Of a stretch of 64,000 nucleotides of DNA, positions 37,619 to 49,406 are shown in pieces. Below the pieces are notes generated by a model. It made no database searches. It saw only the letters and a program-made list of their open reading frames with translations, and was not told the origin of the DNA. The stretch comes from Thermoplasmatota archaeon (lineage in GTDB: Archaea > Thermoplasmatota > Penumbrarchaeia > Penumbrarchaeales > Penumbrarchaeaceae), in the NCBI GenBank assembly GCA_029762535.1, contig JARVGK010000005.1, forward strand, positions 32,001-96,000, read 5' to 3'. A program made the position numbers and the translations under genes. Numbering within the stretch: the first letter of the stretch is position 1; the number at the start of each line of letters is the position of its first letter.

Positions 37619-39621
37619 TTTCCGTCCTCATTTGATAGAGTTTCTAGTATCCTTTCTTTCAGTCTTCTCTCTATTAAGGACCCACTGATCCTCCCCCTCA
37701 TACGCTTCATTATGATTCCCATGATGGGTGATATACTTTTTTTTCCCATCTTTAAGATAAGATCATTTTTTTCAGATATCAAACCATCGATCATGCGATC
37801 TAGTTCGTTGATATCCTCATCCTTTATGCTGAATTTCTCTATTATCATATCGACAATAAGACGATTATCATATTTTCCTAACATATTGTGTATTTGGTAT
37901 ATCATGCTCCCGACTGCCTCTCTTGCAAGCAACCCTTCATCCAGGCCCTTCACCAAGGGTTCCAAAATAATCCGATCTATTAGGTCCAACCTGATCCCAT
38001 CCTCAATTATTGGGCCGAAACCATTGATCAACAGCATCGATAAAAATCTAGGTTCGAGACCGTTATTAAACTGTTCTTCGAACAGGTCAATTAGTCCAAG
38101 CCCCTCCATCTGTTCGATGGAGCTTCTGGATATTCCGCTATCTGTGGTCAATCTCGAAATTCTAGCCTTAGGGTCCTCGGGAAGTTTTTCGATAAGTCGT
38201 GCTATTCTTGTCTGTGCTATCTTAATTGGTGGAATATCCGTTTCAGGATACATCCTTGCCGATCCAGGCAATGGCCTCATGAATTCGGTAGATCCGTCAA
38301 AAATTACCTTCCTGACCTCAGGCACAACTCCCCTGAAAGCCATCCGAGCTCTTTCGATGATAATACGAATGGCCTTTCCACCGTCATTCACGTTCGCACA
38401 GACCATAACAAAAGCATCCCTCTCAGGGTCAGAATCCAGGCGATCTACCACCTGTTCTATTTCATCATCGCTAATGCCATAACCTGGGAGCTCATCGGAG
38501 TGAATTAGACCTCTGATCCCGGTTTCGTTCCTGACACGTATAGCGAATTCCCTACCAAGGCCTGGGATCTTCGTTTGTTGATTCTGAGCGGCACTTCCAG
38601 TACTATCAGAATTGTGGTTCTCCACATGGATAGGAGAGAGAAGGTATTTGAATCCCTTAAGATTGATCCCAACAACATTATGGGACTTTGATATCTCTGA
38701 TGATATCATTCTGCATGAAGTTTTTTTGAATATATCGGTAATATCGATGTGTGGTCCCCGTATATCTGATTCCCGGACTTTAAGTTCCATTAAACGATTC
38801 GCTGCCCACTGGCTTAAACTCTGTCTTAACGATTCGTATCGGATCACCTTTGGTATCAATGATAGATCCTGTATCAGTTTGACCTCTACTCTTCGTCCAC
38901 CATTTATCGAGATATTGACATCCTGCCTTATACTTCCTATTCCTCTTTTTACGGTCTGAGTGCTCCTCAGTATCTCACCGATCCTCTTAGCTGCTTCATA
39001 AGCATCATCAGGCGATCCAATGAAAGGTGCTGTAGATATTTCTATTTCAGGCGTACCTAACCTGTCAAGTCTATAGGTGACCGTGTTGTCATCTTCTGTG
39101 ATCTTTCTGGCGGAGTCCTCTTCAAGACAGATGGAATCTATGAGAATTCGAGTTTTACACCCTATATCGATCATTCCATGATGGCCTATCATAGCTGTTC
39201 TTTGGAATCCGGTCGTGTTCGAGCCATCAATGACCATCTTTCTCATGAATTGTACATTATCTACTATATCGCACCCGAAGAGAAGGCATATTCTGAGTGC
39301 ATTGTCGACCATATATTGAGTAGGTCCTAAAGGAGGTTCTTCATCTATATCAACAGGACAAACATTTGGAGTTAATTCGTATATGAACTTTCTTCTCCGA
39401 TGGGATTGTGCGAGCACTGCCTGATCGATCTTACCCATTTCTGACCTTTTTGGATGAAGTATCCTCTCTATTCTACCTTCGATCAGATTTGTTATACCCG
39501 TATCACAGGAGCAAAAAAGTTTCGGTCCAATGAGCTGCCTGTGGACTTCCAATCCAATAGTAATATCATTATTAATCGGACCTAACTTCAAGATCATAGT
39601 ATTCGGGTCGAAATGGCTCAA
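37615..39621 (-). CDS. gatE: Glu-tRNA(Gln) amidotransferase subunit E
   Basis: GLEVHRQL, KLFC, DEEPP, VIDGSNTTGFQRT, RQDVNISI, MRPLPGSARMYPETD. Confidence 0.96.
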   Translation of the reverse strand: MSHFDPNTMILKLGPINNDITIGLEVHRQLIGPKLFCSCDTGITNLIEGRIERILHPKRSEMGKIDQAVLAQSHRRRKFIYELTPNVCPVDIDEEPPLGPTQYMVDNALRICLLFGCDIVDNVQFMRKMVIDGSNTTGFQRTAMIGHHGMIDIGCKTRILIDSICLEEDSARKITEDDNTVTYRLDRLGTPEIEISTAPFIGSPDDAYEAAKRIGEILRSTQTVKRGIGSIRQDVNISINGGRRVEVKLIQDLSLIPKVIRYESLRQSLSQWAANRLMELKVRESDIRGPHIDITDIFKKTSCRMISSEISKSHNVVGINLKGFKYLLSPIHVENHNSDSTGSAAQNQQTKIPGLGREFAIRVRNETGIRGLIHSDELPGYGISDDEIEQVVDRLDSDPERDAFVMVCANVNDGGKAIRIIIERARMAFRGVVPEVRKVIFDGSTEFMRPLPGSARMYPETDIPPIKIAQTRIARLIEKLPEDPKARISRLTTDSGISRSSIEQMEGLGLIDLFEEQFNNGLEPRFLSMLLINGFGPIIEDGIRLDLIDRIILEPLVKGLDEGLLAREAVGSMIYQIHNMLGKYDNRLIVDMIIEKFSIKDEDINELDRMIDGLISEKNDLILKMGKKSISPIMGIIMKRMRGRISGSLIERRLKERILETLSNEDGK

Positions 39622-41006
39622 ATCATCTCACCCGTTCCATATTTTGAGAGTTCCGGCCCATTATTAAGATCTATCTCCGTTCGATAAGATATTTCGCCCG
39701 CGATATTCGTGAGAAATTCCTTTCTAAAGACCATCATGTCATCTTTGGTCCTGATATTTCCAAGCTGGTGCATCACATACATAGCTTTGATCATTGCGGT
39801 TTCAGGATGCATATCATAGGCAGGTATGATCCCTGATTCCAGGAGTTTCCTTCCCGTGGAATAGACGTTAAGATTAACAATTCCGTTCAAACAAGAGGAT
39901 GTCATTATTATGGGTATGCATCCTTCGACAATCTGGGATAATTTCGGTATCAGATCTGACCTGACGTGTCCCAGTCCAGTGCCTTCCAGAACTATGCATT
40001 TATAATTCTCTATCAGGAGATCGAACATGGAAGCGTTCAGTTGGGGATGGTATTTCAACAGGAATACACAAGGGTCAAAACCTCCTATGACCCTAAGTTC
40101 ACCATCATCATGATTTTTTTGGGAAGGACTTGTTATTGACACCTTATCGTTCACGACCTTTCCGATCGGTCTTTGATTTATGGATGCGAAGGCGAAACGG
40201 GCAGAGGTATGCATCTTGCGAACATTGGTACCTTTATGTATCAGACTCTCCCCATCAGATGTTCTTCCATGCATGACAACACAAACTTCCTTGATTAGAC
40301 CAGACCTGGCTACAAGTATGGAATCAATTAGGTTTTGATGAGCATCGGTCGATGGGCGATCCGAAGACCTCTGAGAACCAGTAAGTACGACTGGTCCTGG
40401 AAGACCACGAAGAAGGAATGATAGGGCACAGGCAGTATATGATAGAGTATCCGTCCCATGAGTGATAACGCATCCGCGGGCGCCGGAACGAAAACAATCC
40501 AATACATCTTTTGCGAGTTTCATCCAATCATCTGGGACCATGTCCTCTGAGAGTTTGGACATGGATATGATCGGTTGAACCTCCTCGGTGATATCGATGC
40601 TTTCCATCCATTTCATAACATCATCCGGTTCCTGGGGGGGGTATACTGCCCCCGTTTCGTAGTCCAACCTAGAAGCGATCGTACCTCCTGTGGAAATTAA
40701 AAATATGGGCTTTCTACTATTACGGGAGCGTTTTTTTTCATATGGTCCAACCTTATCATTCGCTCTTGTGAGGAGTTTGATATCAGATATTCTATTCAAA
40801 GAAAACCCCGCGTTATAACCGCTATCCAGTTTGATGAACATTACATTGTCTTGTTCATCCATTCCAAATTCTATGAATTGGCCGCTTATGTGTATGGGGT
40901 TAGATCCAGAATAATTAGGATGTCTCGGGATCAAACTCACTTGTATTCTATCACCTTTGGATAAAGATGATTCAGTAAGATCGGAGGTTTTTTTATGTCG
41001 GACCAT
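39618..41006 (-). CDS. gatD: Glu-tRNA(Gln) amidotransferase subunit D
   Basis: KLDSGYN, TGGTIASR, HGTDT, GSQRSSDRPS, GTGLGH. Confidence 0.96.
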   Translation of the reverse strand: MVRHKKTSDLTESSLSKGDRIQVSLIPRHPNYSGSNPIHISGQFIEFGMDEQDNVMFIKLDSGYNAGFSLNRISDIKLLTRANDKVGPYEKKRSRNSRKPIFLISTGGTIASRLDYETGAVYPPQEPDDVMKWMESIDITEEVQPIISMSKLSEDMVPDDWMKLAKDVLDCFRSGARGCVITHGTDTLSYTACALSFLLRGLPGPVVLTGSQRSSDRPSTDAHQNLIDSILVARSGLIKEVCVVMHGRTSDGESLIHKGTNVRKMHTSARFAFASINQRPIGKVVNDKVSITSPSQKNHDDGELRVIGGFDPCVFLLKYHPQLNASMFDLLIENYKCIVLEGTGLGHVRSDLIPKLSQIVEGCIPIIMTSSCLNGIVNLNVYSTGRKLLESGIIPAYDMHPETAMIKAMYVMHQLGNIRTKDDMMVFRKEFLTNIAGEISYRTEIDLNNGPELSKYGTGEMI

Positions 41007-41102
41007 GAGAAGACCATTGACGAGATATTAGATAAAGATAATCTATATGGTATGATGGATGGTATGAAAGATAATAATAATGCGTGGAACATTAGGGGTT
41101 AT

Positions 41103-41498
41103 ATGAAGACCATTCTAGTCCCAAGTTCGGGCGCATATGCGGCAAGGGCAAATGCGAAAAATATAATGAAACTGGCTAAAAAGTTCGAAGCCAGAATTGT
41201 CGTGGTCCATATTAGGGATCAAGGTGAGTCAAGAGAGGGTGATCTAGCTCTTGAGATCTTCGATAAGATCGCTCGGGAAGAAAAAGTGGAACATACCCTG
41301 GTGCCGGCCGTAGGTGAGATATCCTCAACGATAATAGGTCAAGCAAAATACCATGGAGCAGATATCATCGTAATGGGGGCAACAGAGGGAAGAGGGGTAG
41401 CGGGTTGGATATTAGATAGAATACTCATGAACACCGATGTACCAGTCCTGATATTGCCCTGGTTGAACAGGGAGGAAAAAGATGCTACTGTTTGTTGA
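41103..41498 (+). CDS. Universal stress protein (UspA family)
   Basis: MKTILVP, ADIIVMG, PVLILP; start moved to ATG 41103. Confidence 0.85.
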   Translation: MKTILVPSSGAYAARANAKNIMKLAKKFEARIVVVHIRDQGESREGDLALEIFDKIAREEKVEHTLVPAVGEISSTIIGQAKYHGADIIVMGATEGRGVAGWILDRILMNTDVPVLILPWLNREEKDATVC

Positions 41499-42420
41499 TG
41501 ACAGATCAATGGATGGCCCACTATTTAGTTTTAATGAACAAATCCATTTTGCTATGATGGATGAACTATTATCCCTGTTGTATGGGTCGTATGGCAAACT
41601 GACCACGATCCATATACAGGTGAATTCATACCGTGTTCACGAAGTTGGCACGGATTCAAAGTTTGACATAAATTATGATATAGATGATATTAGGGCTATG
41701 ACATCTCTCATGGATTCAGACCCGATGGATATATGCGTGTTCGCAAGAAAGATGATCGTTTTCGAGGATAAGATCCCGGATATTACTGAATACCATCACA
41801 AGGATCGGACCGGGATAACGGCTCTTGTTAAGGAAGGTATATCCAGAGATGGAATGAGACCAGTATTCATCGACTCTCGTAATAGACTAGATTATAGTGA
41901 TAATGCTGCGATAATTCGATCCAGAGTTGTCGATTTGGGTTATTATATAATCGATAAGAGCTTCATGAAGGAATTTTTTAGAAGAACCGAAGGGCTAATC
42001 GGATTAAACAAGGATGATATGATATCAATATCCGGATGCGAAGCTGTCAAGGGTTATCGTGTCAGATCAAGGATTGGTTTCATAGATGATCTGGAATCAA
42101 TCCTTGAGACACAGAGAATGATGTTGGATTGGATGATGCAGGATTTAGAAAAGGCCAGATTCGGTAATATTGATCAGAACAATATCATCGTCAATATGCC
42201 ATCCTTCATCCATAACACTGCAGTGATAGGGGAGAACTGTAGATTAGGCCCTTATACGACGATAATGAGAGAAGTTAAAGTTGGAAAGAACGTATTCATC
42301 ATAAACTCGATAATCTGCGAGAAATGTATCATAGGAGACGATGTATACATAGAAGGTGCCATAATCGGACCGGGATCATCCATTGAGAATGGTTCCGAGA
42401 TCGAATGGTGTGTTCATTGA
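41482..42420 (+). CDS. Degenerate sugar-phosphate nucleotidyltransferase-like protein with a left-handed beta-helix
   Basis: C-terminal hexapeptide repeats (AVIGENCRLGPYT, NSIICEKCIIG); no GxGTR motif. Confidence 0.6.
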   Translation: MLLFVDDRSMDGPLFSFNEQIHFAMMDELLSLLYGSYGKLTTIHIQVNSYRVHEVGTDSKFDINYDIDDIRAMTSLMDSDPMDICVFARKMIVFEDKIPDITEYHHKDRTGITALVKEGISRDGMRPVFIDSRNRLDYSDNAAIIRSRVVDLGYYIIDKSFMKEFFRRTEGLIGLNKDDMISISGCEAVKGYRVRSRIGFIDDLESILETQRMMLDWMMQDLEKARFGNIDQNNIIVNMPSFIHNTAVIGENCRLGPYTTIMREVKVGKNVFIINSIICEKCIIGDDVYIEGAIIGPGSSIENGSEIEWCVH

Positions 42421-42423
42421 TCC

Positions 42424-42600
42424 TCAAACCGGCCATTTCCATTTCAGAAGTTCGAGGGCGATGACGGAAATGATACCGGCAGCCACAACGTATCTGGGAT
42501 CGATCTTTAGAGAGGTCTCCTCTTCTGCGTCAAAATATCTTATAAGACCCGCTGCAGAGTGAAAACCTTCACCTTTTTTATTCTTCTTGGCTGGGGCCAT
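42424..42600 (-). CDS. secG: Protein translocase subunit Sec61-beta (archaeal SecG), 58 aa, not in the ORF track
   Basis: Translated by hand: MAPAKKNKKGEGFHSAAGLIRYFDAEEETSLKIDPRYVVAAGIISVIALELLKWKWPV. Confidence 0.93.
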   Translation of the reverse strand: MAPAKKNKKGEGFHSAAGLIRYFDAEEETSLKIDPRYVVAAGIISVIALELLKWKWPV

Positions 42601-42911
42601 GAGGGCTGCATCTTCTAATCATTATAAATAATTTATTACGCTTCATGAAAGGTAGTTGATCGGAATAGGCCCTCCTAGAAAATATTAATATTAAGTGTAC
42701 GCATTATTATCGAGATTATAGTTATTATTTATGACATATATCTAACTTTGATAATGCTAATCTTGACATTCCAAATAGTTTTGAAACATACGAATAGGCT
42801 ATTATCATAACCTTTTGTGATATCTTTTAGAGAACGATCTATTCGAGTTGATAGTTTTTACAGGCGCCCCCGCTTCACTTTCCAGAAATCCCGCTTGGAT
42901 CAGATCCGTGT

Positions 42912-45179
42912 TTATGATTTTGAACGAGATATCAGGTAGCATAATTGTCCGGTGTTCATGTCCAGGGCAGCTTCAAATCTGCCATCTCTACTTGAGATTA
43001 TCACTGAATAGGGAGTTTTCATGAAAGAGCCATGATTCATTGTTCCAAAGCCAGGATAGGAATTGTCGGAAACGAATGTAATTGCCCAGTTGGTCATGTC
43101 CATAAAGTTGTTTTCCTCAGGTTGTGGGACGCCGTAAATGGACCTACTGAATGATGGGTTCAATTCTCCTATAAGATCTTTGAATAGTGATTCTGAAGCG
43201 GAGATGGTCAATATAGATCTAATATCATCAAGCCTTACTGATACAGGTTCTATCCTGGATTTGAATCCTGTGCTTACCGGATTATCCTTTATTACGGTCT
43301 GGTTCCAGGCCCATTGATTATTCGGTTCGGATATCGAGAACTTCCAAACTTTGGCACCGGTCATCTCGCTATAGTTCGAATATACTGAATATGGTTCTTT
43401 GAGACCTGAGACGAAGTTCAGAAATGTCTGTTTGGATGAGAATTCTTCAACTGCGATTTCGGCATCGAAATCAGAGGGTATGGAAGATATAAGCGTACCG
43501 TATACAGGAACATATGTCCAATTATCGTGAAAATGAGTTATATATTCTTGTTTGGTCTGTAATATATTTATGATCTTGAGATGTTGATCGTCAATATTCC
43601 CATATATCACTGGATTTGTTCCCTTTTCTATGTCAACTAGTACTTGGTCAAGATTGAAGATATAGGGATTCTTGATATCGTCTTTGGTTTTAATATGATA
43701 AATGGTCCTAAGGGATACGGGAGATCCATCGGAGAGATACACGTTCATGGAGAAAGCATCAAGATCGTTCGAATCAAGTGTGCTTTTATCCATCCATAAA
43801 GATACATTAATACATGGTCTACCATGGAATCGCAGAACCTCTTCAGCTTTCCAGTTTATTAGTGAGGAACCCCAGAGTAGGTTCCCCATCTCTCCTTCAG
43901 ATAGATATCTGTCATTGGTGATATCGTCTAATTTCAGATCGTAACTTCCCTGAGAAAGACCTGGATAGATAACAAAATTCTCCCTCAAAGAATATTTCTT
44001 AGATGATCCTGGTTGAAGTTGAACGTCAATAAAGATGTGATTATCCAAACGAATTCTAGAAGCCGAACGATAGTATAGATCGATATCTGTTTTATCAGTT
44101 GTTTCCATTATACCTGTGAAAGGGATTTTGCTTCGGTCATATTTTTCAATAGTTCCTGATAATGAAAGATATTGTTCAGTATTCCTTATAATTGTAGAAT
44201 ATGTTTGTGCGAATCCATCTTTAAAAGTTCCATCAGAAAAAGATAAGGTTGAGAGTGTGGGTTTCGACTCTTCGCTCCAGAATTCCATCTCAAGGTTTTT
44301 AAAAGAAGATGCTTCTGGCATGTCAATTATGGACCTAACGTTCGATATGCGCATATCTCCTATGATATGATATTTTGATCGATCTTCGATAGATTCCCTG
44401 TCGATCCTGAGTGAAAGCGGTTCCACCTTAATATCTTCAGTATGGGTCTTCGATAGTTCTTCTATTTTCACCTCGTGAATAATAGTATATGTGCCGGAGC
44501 TTGTGAAAAATATTTCTAGATAGGGTTCATCAACATCTCCTTTAATGATGATGAGATCCTTAGGAGATATTGTCCATGTATGTGATGTTCGAACGTCCTT
44601 CATTACCGATGATAGTTCTACAATGGAACCTGAGATAGGATGTAGATCTGAGATCTTGAAGAAAGCATCGAGATCTTCGTTCTTGTCATTATTTTTCATG
44701 ATTAAGAAATAATAACCAGACGCCAATAATAATAACACACATGATATCGAGAAGATGATGATCATCACACCCTTTGCTTTTTTTCCGTGGTATTTAATGA
44801 TCTTTTTATCTCCTGAGCGCCCATTAGAAGTTGTTTTATCATTTGAAGCCATATCCTTATCCAAAAGGGGGGGATTATCGGTCGATATTTGGCCATCGGT
44901 GGAAGAATTTGTTATAACATCTTTTTCTAAGATATAATTAGGGGTTGTTACATTCTCAATTTTTGTATTATTATCGAAATGAGAGGTTTCCAAAGACCTT
45001 GATAGTGTCCTGATCTTTTCTTTGTTGTATTCTTCCATATCCTCAAAAAGTAATCGTTCCAGTTTAGATGTATCGAAACCCTCATCCTTCCACTTTTCGA
45101 TCTTCTTTATCTCTTTCATTATTATATCATCTTTTGTCATATTTTCTTCATGTGGATCGTTTTCGACCGTTGGGCCCAT
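42912..45179 (-). CDS. Hypothetical membrane-anchored exported protein (PKD-like region after the TM)
   Basis: Acidic N-terminal region, one TM, then HTWT...FTSSGTYTI Ig/PKD-like pattern. Confidence 0.7.
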   Translation of the reverse strand: MGPTVENDPHEENMTKDDIIMKEIKKIEKWKDEGFDTSKLERLLFEDMEEYNKEKIRTLSRSLETSHFDNNTKIENVTTPNYILEKDVITNSSTDGQISTDNPPLLDKDMASNDKTTSNGRSGDKKIIKYHGKKAKGVMIIIFSISCVLLLLASGYYFLIMKNNDKNEDLDAFFKISDLHPISGSIVELSSVMKDVRTSHTWTISPKDLIIIKGDVDEPYLEIFFTSSGTYTIIHEVKIEELSKTHTEDIKVEPLSLRIDRESIEDRSKYHIIGDMRISNVRSIIDMPEASSFKNLEMEFWSEESKPTLSTLSFSDGTFKDGFAQTYSTIIRNTEQYLSLSGTIEKYDRSKIPFTGIMETTDKTDIDLYYRSASRIRLDNHIFIDVQLQPGSSKKYSLRENFVIYPGLSQGSYDLKLDDITNDRYLSEGEMGNLLWGSSLINWKAEEVLRFHGRPCINVSLWMDKSTLDSNDLDAFSMNVYLSDGSPVSLRTIYHIKTKDDIKNPYIFNLDQVLVDIEKGTNPVIYGNIDDQHLKIINILQTKQEYITHFHDNWTYVPVYGTLISSIPSDFDAEIAVEEFSSKQTFLNFVSGLKEPYSVYSNYSEMTGAKVWKFSISEPNNQWAWNQTVIKDNPVSTGFKSRIEPVSVRLDDIRSILTISASESLFKDLIGELNPSFSRSIYGVPQPEENNFMDMTNWAITFVSDNSYPGFGTMNHGSFMKTPYSVIISSRDGRFEAALDMNTGQLCYLISRSKS

Positions 45180-45500
45180 ATAACTTGTATGGATAGTGAA
45201 TAGAAATAATTAGTGTTAATATAAAATAATTAATAATAAGAATAATATCTAAAAATATTGCTATTGTAAGATAATATACTTATTATAATAAATTATTATG
45301 TCTTCGGGATCATAATGTCAAAAAAACACTCGGAGATAGAAGCTCACACCATCAGATGATAAGAAAAGTTGTGTTTTTTAGATTATGTAAACATATGGCC
45401 ATATATGGGGTCGGTATTATCATCGAATGTGGCTATCGGTCTCCCGAAGGCCACTAATATTTCCAGAATATATTGAAATATCGATTGAAAAAACCTTATC

Positions 45501-46536
<1,036 letters not shown>

Positions 46537-46541
46537 TCATA

Positions 46542-46614
46542 TGTTATAATATTATATTAATATTGTTATAATATTTTTATAATCGCACATAATATAGACA
46601 TATTCTTATAATAT
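46542..46614. promoter_or_regulatory. Repeated TTATAAT motifs upstream of the AbrB-recombinase pair
   Basis: TGTTATAATATT at 46542 and 46564; further TTATAAT at 46577 and 46606. Confidence 0.4.
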
Positions 46615-46660
46615 GTAGATAGTGAAAATATATTAAGTTTTATAAAAATATAAAAATAGG

Positions 46661-46732
46661 TGGAGAGAGGGAGATTCGAACTCCCGTAAAGCCGATCTGC
46701 AGTCGACCGCATAGCCACTCTGCCATCTCTCC
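46661..46732 (-). tRNA. tRNA-Cys(GCA) with atypical A73
   Basis: GGAGAGA/TCTCTCC acceptor, GTCGA-CTGCAGA-TCGGC anticodon arm, GGGAG-TTCGAAT-CTCCC T-arm. Confidence 0.92.
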
Positions 46733-46863
46733 GATGGTTTGAGTAAACCTGTATGTCGTTATGATTAATTATTTTACCTCTATCATATTACTTTTCATTA
46801 CTAACAACCATTAGAATATTTTTAATGTACATATTTATGTTTAGTATAGTACTATCTAGAGTA

Positions 46864-48216
46864 CTAGTAATCTAGTATGCCGGCCTTCATTATTTCCCTG
46901 AGGAAGGATGTGGCATATGTACCTTTGAATAAAGAGAATTTCACCTCAAGGGCATTCTCGAAACTTTCCATGGAACCACTGTTGTTTACAGGGATTCCGA
47001 TAACCCTCCATTTAAGATCAAAAGGGATGGATATCAACTCCCTCCTTATTCCCCTTGAAGAGATACCTTTGATATCTTTTATAAAAAAAGAATCCGGTTC
47101 TATATGCTCCTTTTCAAGTATTTTCCTCTCGATGTCTCCCATTTCACCATCGGCCATCACTGCCTCATATCCGATGATAAGACCTGATACATATGCTTTT
47201 CTGGCCTTTACCAGTCTCTCCATCTCAGATATATTGGAACGGGTTACGTGAACATGTGTTCTATGGTCCGGAAGGAGATTTTTATTCAATGGTATTATGA
47301 CATCACCTATCTCCGGTGAGCTGAGAGGTATGCCTCTGTTCATCCTTTCAGTGATTATCATGTTGAATATGTATGACTGATATGCGTGGATGAACATCAT
47401 CTTAAGATTTTCCGGTAATATTTCTATCGCTGCTATCCAATCATCTGGTTTTTTACACAGCTCATTAATCATAGCCCTTTCGAATATGTATTCATTAGGA
47501 AAATTATCGAGTGCTTTCTTGAAATCCATGGTGTTCTGTAAGACTCTCCTTGCCTCGTAACCCTTTTCATTCTCTTTATCAAAGGGATTGCATAAGTAAG
47601 AGAGTACGGCTGAGCGATGGTCAAGGTTCAATATGTGCTTTCCCACCAAATGCGTTATGGGTCTAACGCTACCGAATCTCTGGATTCCAAAATAATTTGG
47701 AAAACCTCCATGTGATGATATCTCATCGATGGAAGATGATGTTATATCTTTTATCTCCCGTTCATTTTTATCTATGCCTCTTATACGTATAAGGAAGTCA
47801 TTGCCCTGTAGGTCCCCTATGAACAGTGGCTTGCTGGACCTGAAAGCATCAAGGACATAGACATCCTTCAAAGATAGGTTCTTAACGAGTTCCTCCGAGC
47901 AATAGAAGGAAAAGTACTGTGTTGTTACCGCCCTTTTATCTTTGGTACCGGCGAATCCGATTTTCCTTCTGGAAATACCAAGTCGTTTGGAGAATGCTCT
48001 TATAAGCTTGTTGGTCTCCCAGTTGTAGACTTTGATCTGAGCTATGGTATAGTGGCCATTATCGTTAAGTGGGGGGGGTTTGGCTATTTCTGATACCTGA
48101 AAATCCTCTGGTTTTTTCCTCAAACGACCGCCCAATGGTTCGGTGGATGTAAGGTATCTTCCTAGTCCGATGTTAATCTCCTCATCTGGAGGTTTTCGTA
48201 TTCGTGCTTCGGACAA
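46864..48216 (-). CDS. truD: tRNA pseudouridine(13) synthase
   Basis: PEDFQV.E, FAGTKDKRAVTTQ, GN.F.I, FPNYFGIQRFG, GTYATSFLRE. Confidence 0.96.
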   Translation of the reverse strand: MSEARIRKPPDEEINIGLGRYLTSTEPLGGRLRKKPEDFQVSEIAKPPPLNDNGHYTIAQIKVYNWETNKLIRAFSKRLGISRRKIGFAGTKDKRAVTTQYFSFYCSEELVKNLSLKDVYVLDAFRSSKPLFIGDLQGNDFLIRIRGIDKNEREIKDITSSSIDEISSHGGFPNYFGIQRFGSVRPITHLVGKHILNLDHRSAVLSYLCNPFDKENEKGYEARRVLQNTMDFKKALDNFPNEYIFERAMINELCKKPDDWIAAIEILPENLKMMFIHAYQSYIFNMIITERMNRGIPLSSPEIGDVIIPLNKNLLPDHRTHVHVTRSNISEMERLVKARKAYVSGLIIGYEAVMADGEMGDIERKILEKEHIEPDSFFIKDIKGISSRGIRRELISIPFDLKWRVIGIPVNNSGSMESFENALEVKFSLFKGTYATSFLREIMKAGILDY

Positions 48217-48222
48217 CTATTA

Positions 48223-48507
48223 TCATCCCAGTTTACTGATCTCGGAGAGCATATCCCTGTATTGGTTCGAGAGGGCCTTCGTCGCCTTTTTTAAAGCGTT
48301 TTGTGGTTTTCCGGATCGGACGCTTACGTAGAACCTGGGGTCGTCCAATTTTGGATGGTTTATGTTGTAGTTCGATGAATCAACGGAATCATCTAGGAGC
48401 AACTGGTTCCTCAAAGGGATCAGCATGGACTCAGTTGCTCCCTCGATTTCGAATTCCATGTAATTCTTTTCCTTTTTCAGGAGATTTAGTTTCATATGGA
48501 TCGGCAT
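48223..48507 (-). CDS. rpoL: DNA-directed RNA polymerase subunit L (Rpo11)
   Basis: EFEIEG, LRNQLL.DD.V, Y.INHP, ALKKA. Confidence 0.85.
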   Translation of the reverse strand: MPIHMKLNLLKKEKNYMEFEIEGATESMLIPLRNQLLLDDSVDSSNYNINHPKLDDPRFYVSVRSGKPQNALKKATKALSNQYRDMLSEISKLG

Positions 48508-48572
48508 GGCAAAGGTCTATATTATTTATATCTTTTCTCCCATGATACCAGGCATCAAAGAGGTATAATGAT

Positions 48573-49406
48573 ATGGACGGTTCGATTGGATCATTATCAT
48601 CAAAACAAAAGAATCTCGGTCAAAATTTCTTAACGGACAGGTATGTTGCTAATAGAATAATCGAAACAATACCTCAAGGAACGTCAAAAGTCATAGAAAT
48701 CGGCCCTGGAAAGGGCATACTCACAGAAATGATGTTGACTAAAGGTATTAAAGTTATGGCCATTGAGATTGATAATCGATTATCAAGATATCTGAAAGAT
48801 AAATTCAAAGGATATGACCTCGAGCTAATTAACGACGACATTATGAATCATCTCGATGGTAATTTATTAAAGAGAGGTGATTATATAATATCAAACCTTC
48901 CATTTTACCTATCGAGCAATTTTATCTTAAGACTACTTGAGAAAATAGAATACCCATTCGAAAAAAAATATGAATTTTGCGGGGCGACAATAATGTTCCA
49001 AAAGGAATTTGCCAATAGATTATTATCTCACCCTGGTTCGAAGGATTATTCGCGTATCAGCATATCGACGAGATCGAAATTGGATATAACATATTCTATG
49101 GATGTTGATAGGACATCATTCGATCCCATGCCAGTGGTGGATGCGACAGTTGTTGTAATGAAAGAAAAAGATCAAATGCTACCAAAGTTTGATGGTCGTA
49201 TCTTTGAGGTCATACTTGAGAGGTGTTTCGCCAACAGGAGAAAAAAAATAAAGAATCTAATACCCAAGGAGATCAATGGACATTCAGTAAATATAGAACT
49301 TCTTCATATCTGGATCCAGGATAGAGGGTTCGATCAACTCCGTCCTGAGAATTTGAGCATCTTTGATTATATCGATCTCTCAAATGAGGTGTCACAGCTC
49401 ATCTAA
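48573..49406 (+). CDS. rsmA: 16S rRNA adenine dimethyltransferase
   Basis: LGQNFL, EIGPGKG, EID, SNLPF, FQKEFA.RL, F.P.P.VD. Confidence 0.94.
   Translation: MDGSIGSLSSKQKNLGQNFLTDRYVANRIIETIPQGTSKVIEIGPGKGILTEMMLTKGIKVMAIEIDNRLSRYLKDKFKGYDLELINDDIMNHLDGNLLKRGDYIISNLPFYLSSNFILRLLEKIEYPFEKKYEFCGATIMFQKEFANRLLSHPGSKDYSRISISTRSKLDITYSMDVDRTSFDPMPVVDATVVVMKEKDQMLPKFDGRIFEVILERCFANRRKKIKNLIPKEINGHSVNIELLHIWIQDRGFDQLRPENLSIFDYIDLSNEVSQLI

Noticed and set aside
46582-46609. dif-like Xer site ATCGCACATAA-TATAGA-...
   Set aside because: The right arm lacks the TTA half-site, and AT-rich DNA gives such matches by chance.
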